64,000 nucleotides of DNA from contig JBBIPC010000001.1 in NCBI GenBank assembly GCA_037443035.1, forward strand, positions 340,606 to 404,605, in the 5' to 3' direction. Source of the DNA: Chthonomonadales bacterium. GTDB lineage: Bacteria; Armatimonadota; Chthonomonadetes; Chthonomonadales; CAJBBX01. Position 1 is the stretch's first letter. Every line of letters begins with the position of its first letter. The notes beneath the pieces are model-generated. The model was not told the origin of the DNA. It ran no database searches and saw nothing but the letters and a program-made list of their open reading frames with translations. Of the stretch, positions 11,094-18,963 are shown in pieces. A program made the position numbers and the translations under genes.

Positions 11094-12889
11094 CTTCCCG
11101 CTTCCTCCATAATCTCCTTCAGGTGTGGCGCCATCTCGGGTAGGGGAACCGGAGTGACTGACATCTCGCCGTTCTGCATTCTAACGACGACGTTCCTCTT
11201 GCCCCATTCAGGATCCATGGAGGGGTAGTCCGTTCGCCATTGAGCGCCGCGGCTCTCCTTTCGCGCTAGCGCGCTCCTCACAATGGCCTCCGACAGCAAG
11301 AGCTGGAAGCGGATGTCGCGAGCCGCATGCCACCCCGGGTTGTATGTTCGTGGCCCAACCGCTCTGACCCGCTTGCTTCGTTCCTTGAGCTCGAGTATGC
11401 GCGCCAAGCAACGCGATAGTCCCTCTTCAGTTCGCTCGATCATGGCATCCGCTTGCATCGCTTCTTGGAGTTCTCCAGCGAGGGTGGCAGGACTCTCGCC
11501 ATCCTCCCGGTCCAGCGGACCGAGGAGGATCCTCTGCTCATCCTCGACAGCGCCGATGGGCACCGCAGCCATCTCCGCGCCACCTGCGTACGCCGACGCG
11601 CCGTCGCCGGCCCGCTTCCCGAACACAAGAATGTCCGTCAGCGAGTTGCCACCTAGGCGGTTCGCCCCGTGCAATCCACCAGCGCATTCGCCGGCGGCGA
11701 ACAGACCGGATACAGCAGTAGCGCACGTTTCAGGATCCACGCGAATGCCGCCCATGGTGTAATGCACCGTTGGATAGACCTCCATCGGCTCTCGCGTGAT
11801 GTCCACTCCGCCTAGATGGAGAAACTGATCGCACATAGCCGGCAGTTTCCTGCGCACGTACGCGGCTCCTCGATGACTGACATCGAGATACACGCCCCCA
11901 TGCTCCGTCCCCCGGCCAGCTTTGACCTCCTTGTAGATGGCTCTCGAGACTTCGTCCCGCGGCAGCAGTTCGGGCGGGCGTCTGTTATTGGCCTTGTCCT
12001 CCAACCAGCGCGCGGCTTCTTCCTCAGTCTCCGCGAACTTGCCTTGGTATCTCGCAGGCATGTACACAGGATCGAACATGAACCTGTCGCCGCGAGCGTT
12101 CCTCAGGATGCCACCTTCTCCACGAACTGCTTCCGTAACGAGAATGCCACGCATGGAAGGAGGCCACAACATCCCGGTAGGGTGGAACTGCATCATCTCC
12201 ATGTCAATCAAGTCAGCGCCAGCTTCCAGCGCCATGGCAGCACCGTCACCAGTAGACTCCCATGAGTTGGAGGTGAAACGGTACATCCGTCCCCAGCCAC
12301 CGCTAGCGACTACGATGGCTCTGCTGCGAAAGAGGAGAAACCGTCCGGACACACGCTCGTAGCCGAAGGCACCGGCGATTCGGCCGTCGTGAACTAGCAG
12401 CCGCGTAATCGTTGTCTCCATGTGAACCGTCGGACCGAGGGACACGGCCTTGTCCTGCAATGTCCGGATCAGCTCCAGACCTGTGCGATCACCCACGTGG
12501 TTGAGTCGCCGGTAGGTATGTCCCCCAAACGGCCTTTGGGCGATGAGGCCTTCGGGCGTTCGGTCGAAGACCGCTCCGTAACGTTCCAGCTCCAGAACTC
12601 GGTCAATGGCTTCCTTAGTGAAGATCTCCACCATCCGGGGGTTGTTCAGGTACGCGCCGCCCAGAATGGTGTCACGGAAGTGGACACGCCAATCGTCGGG
12701 CTCGTGCATGTTACCCAAAGCGGCGGCAGCTCCGCCCTCCGCCATGACCGTGTGCGCCTTTCCGAGCAGAGACTTGCAGACGATCCCGCACCGCAGGCCC
12801 GCCTCGCATACGGAGATGGCGGCCCGAAGTCCGGCTCCGCCTGCCCCCAACACGAGGACGTCGTACTCGATTGTCTCGTAAGGTTCCAT
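11090..12889 (-). CDS. sdhA: Succinate dehydrogenase/fumarate reductase flavoprotein subunit
   Basis: GAGGAG, KAHTVMAEGG (covalent-FAD His), QFHPT, TEAVRGEGG, HYTMGG, HGANRLGGNSL. Confidence 0.95.
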   Translation of the reverse strand: MEPYETIEYDVLVLGAGGAGLRAAISVCEAGLRCGIVCKSLLGKAHTVMAEGGAAAALGNMHEPDDWRVHFRDTILGGAYLNNPRMVEIFTKEAIDRVLELERYGAVFDRTPEGLIAQRPFGGHTYRRLNHVGDRTGLELIRTLQDKAVSLGPTVHMETTITRLLVHDGRIAGAFGYERVSGRFLLFRSRAIVVASGGWGRMYRFTSNSWESTGDGAAMALEAGADLIDMEMMQFHPTGMLWPPSMRGILVTEAVRGEGGILRNARGDRFMFDPVYMPARYQGKFAETEEEAARWLEDKANNRRPPELLPRDEVSRAIYKEVKAGRGTEHGGVYLDVSHRGAAYVRRKLPAMCDQFLHLGGVDITREPMEVYPTVHYTMGGIRVDPETCATAVSGLFAAGECAGGLHGANRLGGNSLTDILVFGKRAGDGASAYAGGAEMAAVPIGAVEDEQRILLGPLDREDGESPATLAGELQEAMQADAMIERTEEGLSRCLARILELKERSKRVRAVGPRTYNPGWHAARDIRFQLLLSEAIVRSALARKESRGAQWRTDYPSMDPEWGKRNVVVRMQNGEMSVTPVPLPEMAPHLKEIMEEAGR

Positions 12890-12890
12890 C

Positions 12891-13718
12891 TCAGACCAAC
12901 CTCACATCGTTAATCACACCGGCGGCAACGAGGCGTACATAGAGATCTGCCAGACCTACGGTGACTAGACTTAACCAGAAGTAGAGGCCATGGCGCGCGT
13001 TCAGTACCGTCACCCAGTTCCACAACCGAGCCCGTATGGGCGCGCTGCTCAGGCGGTTCAGCCCCCCACCAACGAGATGTCGCCAGGAATGGCACGAGAA
13101 AACGTAGAGCGACAAGAGGAGTGTGTCTGCGAAGAAGAGCACTGTGCCGAAGCCGACTCCAGCCCTATGTCCTCCCGCGGAGTTCACCATCCAAAACGAG
13201 TCGTACAGATGCTTGAAATGGAACAGCACAACGATCAGGATCGCGTACAGCGCGTAGCGATGCAGGTTCTGCAGCAAGAACGGGAACGCAGACTCGCCGG
13301 TATACGCTCTGCGCTTCTCCAAGATAGGCTCGGTCATAGCGCAAGCTGGTGGATCCCAGAAGAACGCCCGATAGTAGGACCGCCTGCAGTAATAGCAGGT
13401 CGCGCGGAAGCTCAGGGGAAAGATTAGGACGAAGAACGCCGGTGAAATCCCCAACCTACCCGGCAGGTTCGGGAACCACTCATGGATGGGAGGCGAGTAG
13501 AAGGGAGACAGGTAGGCTGGTGCCCATGCAGCGCCATGGTCTAGCGCCTGGAGACCGCTGAAGTAGTTGCCCTCCAGCGCTCTCCAGATGGCGTAGACCG
13601 AGAACGCCACCAGCGTGACAATGACGAGCGCCGGTTCCACCCACCACGTGTCGGCCCTCACTGCTGTGGCCAGAGGCGCACGTCCCTGTTCGATCTCCGA
13701 TGCTCTGTATCCGGACAT
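12891..13718 (-). CDS. SDH membrane anchor, Rv0249c-like (type F)
   Basis: About 5 TM segments; YLSPFYSP, FRATCYYCRRSYYRAFFWDPPACA, QNLHRY, SCHSWRHLVGG. First gene of the sdh operon; start MSGYRAS after GGAGGT. Confidence 0.85.
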   Translation of the reverse strand: MSGYRASEIEQGRAPLATAVRADTWWVEPALVIVTLVAFSVYAIWRALEGNYFSGLQALDHGAAWAPAYLSPFYSPPIHEWFPNLPGRLGISPAFFVLIFPLSFRATCYYCRRSYYRAFFWDPPACAMTEPILEKRRAYTGESAFPFLLQNLHRYALYAILIVVLFHFKHLYDSFWMVNSAGGHRAGVGFGTVLFFADTLLLSLYVFSCHSWRHLVGGGLNRLSSAPIRARLWNWVTVLNARHGLYFWLSLVTVGLADLYVRLVAAGVINDVRLV

Positions 13719-13753
13719 CCTAGCCCATACCTCCATGTCTCATCGCTGCTTCC

Positions 13754-13782
13754 TTGACGGTTGCGAACTCCATTGTTATAAT
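13754..13782 (+). promoter_or_regulatory. Sigma70-type promoter for the GHMP kinase gene
   Basis: TTGACG-N17-TATAAT with TG upstream of -10. Confidence 0.65.
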
Positions 13783-13906
13783 GTCACGTACGCACACCTT
13801 TTCCTGCGCCAGTCTAAGTATTTGGACGAAGCTGCCACGGCGGACGCGCGGCTGTCGAATGTACTGGCGCCGATACACTTCACCCTAAGCAACTGGGAGG
13901 CAGAGA

Positions 13907-14812
13907 ATGGTCATCGAAAGCCGTGCACCCGTGCGTGTGGACTTTGCAGGTGCGTGGACGGATGTAAACATCTTCGCGCGCGGCGCGGGCGGTGCCGTAG
14001 TGAATGCAACGATTGACAAGTATGTGCACGGACGTCTTGAGATCCACGATACAGTGGGCGCGGAGGAAGCGCCACAGGAGGGAATACGAGTCACGTACTG
14101 GTGTGATCTCCCGTCCGGCTCAGGGCTGGGTACGTCTGCTGCGCTGAATGTCTGCTGGCTCAGCCTGGTCCGGCAGCAGGTGGCGCCGGATCTGGCGCAG
14201 AAGCAGCGCATCGCCGAACTCGCCTACCAGCTGGAGGAGCTGCTCGGTATTCTCGGTGGCAAGCAGGACCAATATGCGGCGGCAGTTGGTGGAATCTGTT
14301 ACATGACCTTTGGCGATACCGTGAGTGTCGAGCGGCTGCCAGTCACAAAGAGTACGATCACTGAGTTGGAGTCCCGCCTTGTCCTATGCTACACGGGCAA
14401 GTCACGACTGTCGAGCACGATACACGAGGATGTCTGGGGGGCATTTCGAAGAGGAGAAACGACGACTGTCAACGCTCTCTACGACCTCCGGAACTGCGCC
14501 GTTCGAATGCGGACAGTTCTCCTCAATGGTACCGCCAACGAGTTCGGTGACCTCATCGGCCAGAGTTGGAAGCTTCAGAAGGCGCTCGCTCCATCCGTCA
14601 CAAACACGCAGATCGAGGAGCTCTTCCGCGTCGCGTACGACGCCGGTGCGTTGAGCGGCAAGGCATGCGGCGCGGGCGGCGGAGGCTGCCTCCTTTTCTT
14701 CACCGAGCTGGGACGGAAACAGCCGGTGTCAGACGCGTTGGCAAAGGCAGGGGGACGGATCATACCCTTCCGGTTCGAGGACGAAGGTCTGCAGGTCAGC
14801 ACGCTAGAGTAG
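13907..14812 (+). CDS. GHMP sugar kinase, HddA/heptose-7-phosphate kinase-like
   Basis: RAPVRVDFAGAWTD, LPSGSGLGTS, GGKQDQYAAA, GKACGAGGGG. Confidence 0.85.
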   Translation: MVIESRAPVRVDFAGAWTDVNIFARGAGGAVVNATIDKYVHGRLEIHDTVGAEEAPQEGIRVTYWCDLPSGSGLGTSAALNVCWLSLVRQQVAPDLAQKQRIAELAYQLEELLGILGGKQDQYAAAVGGICYMTFGDTVSVERLPVTKSTITELESRLVLCYTGKSRLSSTIHEDVWGAFRRGETTTVNALYDLRNCAVRMRTVLLNGTANEFGDLIGQSWKLQKALAPSVTNTQIEELFRVAYDAGALSGKACGAGGGGCLLFFTELGRKQPVSDALAKAGGRIIPFRFEDEGLQVSTLE

Positions 14813-14974
14813 GTTCGCGTTCGGTGCCGAGACCGTGTGGTCTGACGAGTACGGCTCCACGGAGCCTGGTGGGATAGCTCCGGGAGCCGTACAGGTCGGG
14901 GAGACCGAGCACTTATTTTACGAGTGACAGCACGCCAGCGTTACGTCGCCGCCTGGGCCGCGAGGAAGGAGTTC

Positions 14975-15895
14975 ATGACCCTAGACGAGCTCGTCGTGGT
15001 TCTTCACAGCACCTACGGCGTTGGAAGTGCGACGCTGGCTACGCTATTGCGGGTTATGGCGATCCACCAGGTCGGCCCGGATGACGTCCAGCAAGCAACT
15101 CCAAGCGAGATCGAGGCCAACTTCGGTCTCTCCAGGGTTCAAGCCTGCCGCATACACGCTGCCCTGACGGGTCAGTCCCGGGGAGCGGCAGACGTTCTTG
15201 TCCGCCTCCAGCGCATCCAGGCGAGCGTGCTTACGTGCCACGATGCAGCGTACCCTGCGTCACTACTGCGATGGTTGAGGGATCCTCCATCCGTACTCTA
15301 TGCGCATGGTGATGTGACGCTCCTGGAGAAGCCGCTCATCGCCGTAGCCAACTCCAACGGGACTCCGTCAGAGCTCAGTGCACTAACGGTCCAGGCAGTG
15401 GAGCTGGCGCTGGACTTGGGTTACGTCCTCATCACAGGCCACAATCGGCCCGAATACCAGCAGCCTGCTCTCTTTGCGCGCCGCCATGGCAAGCCCGTCT
15501 GTTACGTACTGGACCGGGGACTTCTCACGGTCATCGAGAACCGGCCTCATGAGCCGCCTTTCAGCACAGCTCGCATCTGGCCCAGTGTGGACGGGATGCG
15601 AGACCTGATCCTCTCCTCGGCCGCGCCATTGTTCCCGGGCGCAGCCGGATCCAATCGGTGGCGGGACAGACTGGTCATGGCGCTCGCCCAATGCATTGTG
15701 ACGGCGCACATTCGCCACGGTGGCAACATGGTGCGGCTCCTATCCGAAGCAGCGGGCGCCGGCAAGCGGATCGCCTGGCTCGGCAGCCCCAACGACATGC
15801 CCGCTGCGCTGAGAGAACGCGAGAACGTATTCATGCTCCAGCCCGGCCAGGCGTCCCTCGACGCGTGGCTCGAGGAGGCCGTCTGCGCAGACTGA
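14975..15895 (+). CDS. Divergent DprA/Smf-like (SLOG) protein
   Basis: N-terminal HhH-like GVGSATLATLL, DAAYPASL..LRDPPSVLYAHGD, RWRDRLVMALA. SD AAGGAG before ATG 14975. Confidence 0.7.
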   Translation: MTLDELVVVLHSTYGVGSATLATLLRVMAIHQVGPDDVQQATPSEIEANFGLSRVQACRIHAALTGQSRGAADVLVRLQRIQASVLTCHDAAYPASLLRWLRDPPSVLYAHGDVTLLEKPLIAVANSNGTPSELSALTVQAVELALDLGYVLITGHNRPEYQQPALFARRHGKPVCYVLDRGLLTVIENRPHEPPFSTARIWPSVDGMRDLILSSAAPLFPGAAGSNRWRDRLVMALAQCIVTAHIRHGGNMVRLLSEAAGAGKRIAWLGSPNDMPAALRERENVFMLQPGQASLDAWLEEAVCAD

Positions 15896-15918
15896 GCTTC
15901 GTGATCCCTAACAAAGAC

Positions 15919-15939
15919 GGGGGTGTTTCGAACACCCCC
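15919..15939. terminator. Terminator hairpin between convergent dprA-like and khpA genes
   Basis: GGGGGTGTT-tcg-AACACCCCC, followed on the minus strand by GTCTTTGTT. Confidence 0.7.
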
Positions 15940-15970
15940 TGACAGACCTCTCAGTTTCCCGTGCAGTTGC

Positions 15971-16264
15971 TTACTCGTTCGATGCAGCGCCCGCAGGCTC
16001 GCCCACAACTTCCAGGTAGACACGCCGCTTGTTCTTCATGGCGCTGGCTTTGGCTAGGACGCGCATCGCATTGGCAATCCGCCCTTGCTTGCCGATGGCC
16101 TTGCCGAGGTCGCTGGGAGCGACGTGTACCCGATACGTTGTTGCGATTTCGCCCGGCTCCTCGTCGACCCTGACTTCCTCGGGAAGGTCTACCACAGCCT
16201 GAACGAGATACTCGATGAACGCCTTCATCTCAACTGGCCTCCTACCGACAGTGTTCTCTTCCAT
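15971..16264 (-). CDS. khpA: KhpA-like single KH-domain RNA-binding protein
   Basis: FIEYLVQAVVDLPEEV..V, DLGKAIGKQGRIANAMR (GxxG KH loop), RVYLEV. SD AAGGAG at 16276-16271. Confidence 0.9.
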   Translation of the reverse strand: MEENTVGRRPVEMKAFIEYLVQAVVDLPEEVRVDEEPGEIATTYRVHVAPSDLGKAIGKQGRIANAMRVLAKASAMKNKRRVYLEVVGEPAGAASNE

Positions 16265-16276
16265 GGGACGCTCCTT

Positions 16277-16428
16277 ACGCCGGCGGGTTCTGCAAGTTAC
16301 TACCTCATGTGAGGCTCCAAGCATATCCCGGTTCGCGACCTACCTCTAACTCACCATTGTTACGTGTCGCGCGGCTGTCTGGTTCCCATCGCAGGCTCTT
16401 TCGAGCCCCGAGCAACGTCGTTGCGTGC
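16277..16428 (-). ncRNA. Putative structured RNA / leader upstream of khpA (mini-OLE-like)
   Basis: Nested stems found by hand: ACGTTG/CGGCGT, CGGG/CCCG, GCTC-GAAA-GAGC, CTGCGA/TTGCAG, CCAG/TTGG, CGCGAC/GTCGCG, TAAC/GTTA, CCTC/GAGG. Candidate -10 TATTAT at 16440-16435. Confidence 0.6.
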
Positions 16429-16525
16429 TGCTATATAATACCGCAAGGGCCTTGTTTCTCCTCCTGTTCTCCAGAAGTCCGCGAAGAAATGCTGAACGAT
16501 TTACCTACCGGCTTTAGCATCACGC

Positions 16526-17296
16526 TCATCCAAGCCGGTAGACTGGTCTGCCCGATATCTCGGTATAGTGGCAGCGCGAGCACGATGCGGCCGGTATCGA
16601 GCGTGGCTGCACGGGCCAGCGGTTGTACACGAAACGGTCCAGCAAGTGATGGAGGATCCATTCTGAATGGAAGTTCGGCACCGTGTCGCACCAGAACTTG
16701 GCTTCGCGCAGTTGTAGCTCGCCCATTGCCATGGGAGTACCGCAATGCACGCAGTAACGGTCCCGGGCCTGCTCCTGCGCTGTGACCGCGAACCCATCGT
16801 CCACAGGCATGCCCCACAGGAACAGGGTACGGCAACTCCCACACGATCGGGCTCGCATCTGCGCCCCTAGCAAGTTCCACCGTCGGGCACCGAGGAGCCG
16901 ACCGAACAATCCTCTCGAAGCCCCGCGTGAGGCGGCGCTTCCAGCTTCCCGGACCTGAAAAACCAGCAATGAGCGTACTGGATTCTCGCCCTTACCCATC
17001 GTGCGCCGGATGTACACGCGTCCAGCATAGACTTCGCCACCGCACAACGGGCATACGTTGGGAGCAGCGTTGGCTTTCTCTAATGCATCTGCAAGCACTA
17101 TGCTGTATTGGCTGCCCAGCAAGAGTTGGGGAGTTCCTCGGCAGCGGAACGTGCTGCACCGGCCGTTCCTATTCCAGCACTCCTCATGGTGGCCAACGAA
17201 ACAGTGGGTGCACATTGCAACCGCGTCCTCCGCTGCCAGGCGGCGACCGCAGTACAGGCACGTTCGTACGATGCCATGCGACGTGTTGCCTTCCAC
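16526..17296 (-). CDS. Cys-rich protein: prokaryotic RING-like finger plus two zinc-ribbon repeats
   Basis: CLYC..CTHC..HHEECW..GRCSTFRC, then CPLCGG..CGSC and CVHCGT..CSRC. Confidence 0.7.
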   Translation of the reverse strand: MEGNTSHGIVRTCLYCGRRLAAEDAVAMCTHCFVGHHEECWNRNGRCSTFRCRGTPQLLLGSQYSIVLADALEKANAAPNVCPLCGGEVYAGRVYIRRTMGKGENPVRSLLVFQVREAGSAASRGASRGLFGRLLGARRWNLLGAQMRARSCGSCRTLFLWGMPVDDGFAVTAQEQARDRYCVHCGTPMAMGELQLREAKFWCDTVPNFHSEWILHHLLDRFVYNRWPVQPRSIPAASCSRCHYTEISGRPVYRLG

Positions 17297-17303
17297 GTCT
17301 CAC

Positions 17304-18254
17304 CTATCCGCCCATGTCGCTCGCCGGTCCGCGCGGGCGAACCACAAGCCATACGCCGAGCATGACCAAGACCGCACCTGCGATGCTCCACAATCCTAGA
17401 ACTTCGTTCAGGAAGATGTATCCGAACACAGGACCCATGAGTGGCTGAATGAAGAGGAATGCCGCCATGCTCGACACTGGATAACGCCTTAACAGCGAGT
17501 ACCAGATACCATAGCACACCGCCGAGCACACAATCGTGAGATATGCCACTGCCAGCCATTCTCGTGGTCCTGGCGCGCCAGCATGCCGGGTCACGCACTC
17601 GGCTATTGCGAACGGGCTCAGCACCGCAGCACCCAGTAGCATTCCCAGACAAGCCACCATGAGACCAGGGTACCGGCTTGTCAGGCGCTTTCCAACCACA
17701 CTGGAGTATGCCTCGAAGACGAGGGCTCCCGTCACGACTCCGTTCGCGAGGACACTGCCCTCGATTCTCGGCATCCACCCGCGCACGACGATGAGATAAA
17801 CTCCTGCGAAGCCAGCTAGCAGCCCCGCAGTCTGCGTTACGTGGAGACGCTCGTTCAGCACCGCCCTCGCAATAGCAGCTATGAGCACAGGCTCGGCTGC
17901 CACCAGGAGTGTTGTCTCCGTTGCGGTGGTGTACCGCATTCCACCGTAGAACACGGCATACGTCATGGCGATTCCGAACGTACCGAGAAGAAGGAACCCG
18001 CGACGATCCGATGGCGCTACTGGCCGCCACTCGCCCCGCAATATGATGAACAGATACAGCAGCATGCCAGCCACGCCGAACCGAACGGCTGCAAGAGTGA
18101 ATGGGCCTAGTTTTGCTTCACTGGGGCCGCTTCCCGATCCAAGCGCGACCTTGGCAGCAATGGACGAACCAGCCCAGAGGACGCATGCCAGACCTAGCAA
18201 GAGCGCCGGACCTAGTGTCCAGCGAACATGACTGCTAGCTGTAGGATTGCTCAC
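17304..18254 (-). CDS. DMT/EamA family transporter
   Basis: About 10 TM in two EamA repeats; LAAVRF, EPVLIAAIARAVLNERL, QPLMGPVFGYIFLNE. Confidence 0.9.
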   Translation of the reverse strand: MSNPTASSHVRWTLGPALLLGLACVLWAGSSIAAKVALGSGSGPSEAKLGPFTLAAVRFGVAGMLLYLFIILRGEWRPVAPSDRRGFLLLGTFGIAMTYAVFYGGMRYTTATETTLLVAAEPVLIAAIARAVLNERLHVTQTAGLLAGFAGVYLIVVRGWMPRIEGSVLANGVVTGALVFEAYSSVVGKRLTSRYPGLMVACLGMLLGAAVLSPFAIAECVTRHAGAPGPREWLAVAYLTIVCSAVCYGIWYSLLRRYPVSSMAAFLFIQPLMGPVFGYIFLNEVLGLWSIAGAVLVMLGVWLVVRPRGPASDMGG

Positions 18255-18931
18255 CCGGTAGCCGCGCTCGTTAGGGTCTGCACCGCGTATCCTCCACGTC
18301 GAGCCGCTTCCACAGTGACGCGAAGCGCTTGGGTGTCGTCGCGGTCGTCCTGCGTGGTGATCACGAACACCGCACTAGGGTCGCGCGGCTCGCCGATCCG
18401 CGCGATCACGTTCGCGGGATCGTCAGCCAATCTCAGGCCAGATTCCGGCAGCAATAGAAGACGCGCGTCACCAGGCCGCCGAGGATCATCGTATGCTGGA
18501 TGGTACGGGACCGGCGACACACTGTTAGATTCCGTGACAGTACCTACGGCGACGACAAGGCCCATCTCCTCGAGATTCCGGATATCGGAAGCTAGAATGC
18601 ACGTGCCGTCCACCTTACAGCAGGCAGGCTTTATGTGGCTCTGCTTAAGCATCTCCTTACCGAGCCGGACTACGTCCGCACGGTACCGTGCGGACGTGAT
18701 GTCCCCCCCATTGCGCATGTCGAGACGAACTCCGATCTCGTGCCATGCAGGAATACGGTGCTGGTACTCCTGGTGATACAAGCTGACGTTCCCCATCGGG
18801 TCGCGTGATGAGACGGTTATTAGCCACGTCAACGGCACGACGAGTTCCTCTGCAACCCCGATTAGCTCGCGTGCAAAGCAGCGTGCGCTACCGGCCGCCT
18901 GACATTCGACCGCGATGACGATCTTCCCCAT
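18251..18931 (-). CDS. Hypothetical protein, degenerate polysaccharide-deacetylase (NodB)-like fold
   Basis: Real start MGKIVIAVEC after GGAGG; the ORF-track extension to 20116 overlaps the permease. VPLTWLI, WHEIGVR, PYHP, GYAVQTL. Confidence 0.6.
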   Translation of the reverse strand: MGKIVIAVECQAAGSARCFARELIGVAEELVVPLTWLITVSSRDPMGNVSLYHQEYQHRIPAWHEIGVRLDMRNGGDITSARYRADVVRLGKEMLKQSHIKPACCKVDGTCILASDIRNLEEMGLVVAVGTVTESNSVSPVPYHPAYDDPRRPGDARLLLLPESGLRLADDPANVIARIGEPRDPSAVFVITTQDDRDDTQALRVTVEAARRGGYAVQTLTSAATG

Positions 18932-18963
18932 GTTAGGTCCTCCCCTTGTGTTCCTGACGTGCC

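Noticed and set aside
14842..14897. CTGACGA followed by a long stem, resembling a hammerhead ribozyme core
   Set aside because: The stem is followed by AGGTC, not the required GAAA, and no stem III/UH cleavage site is evident.
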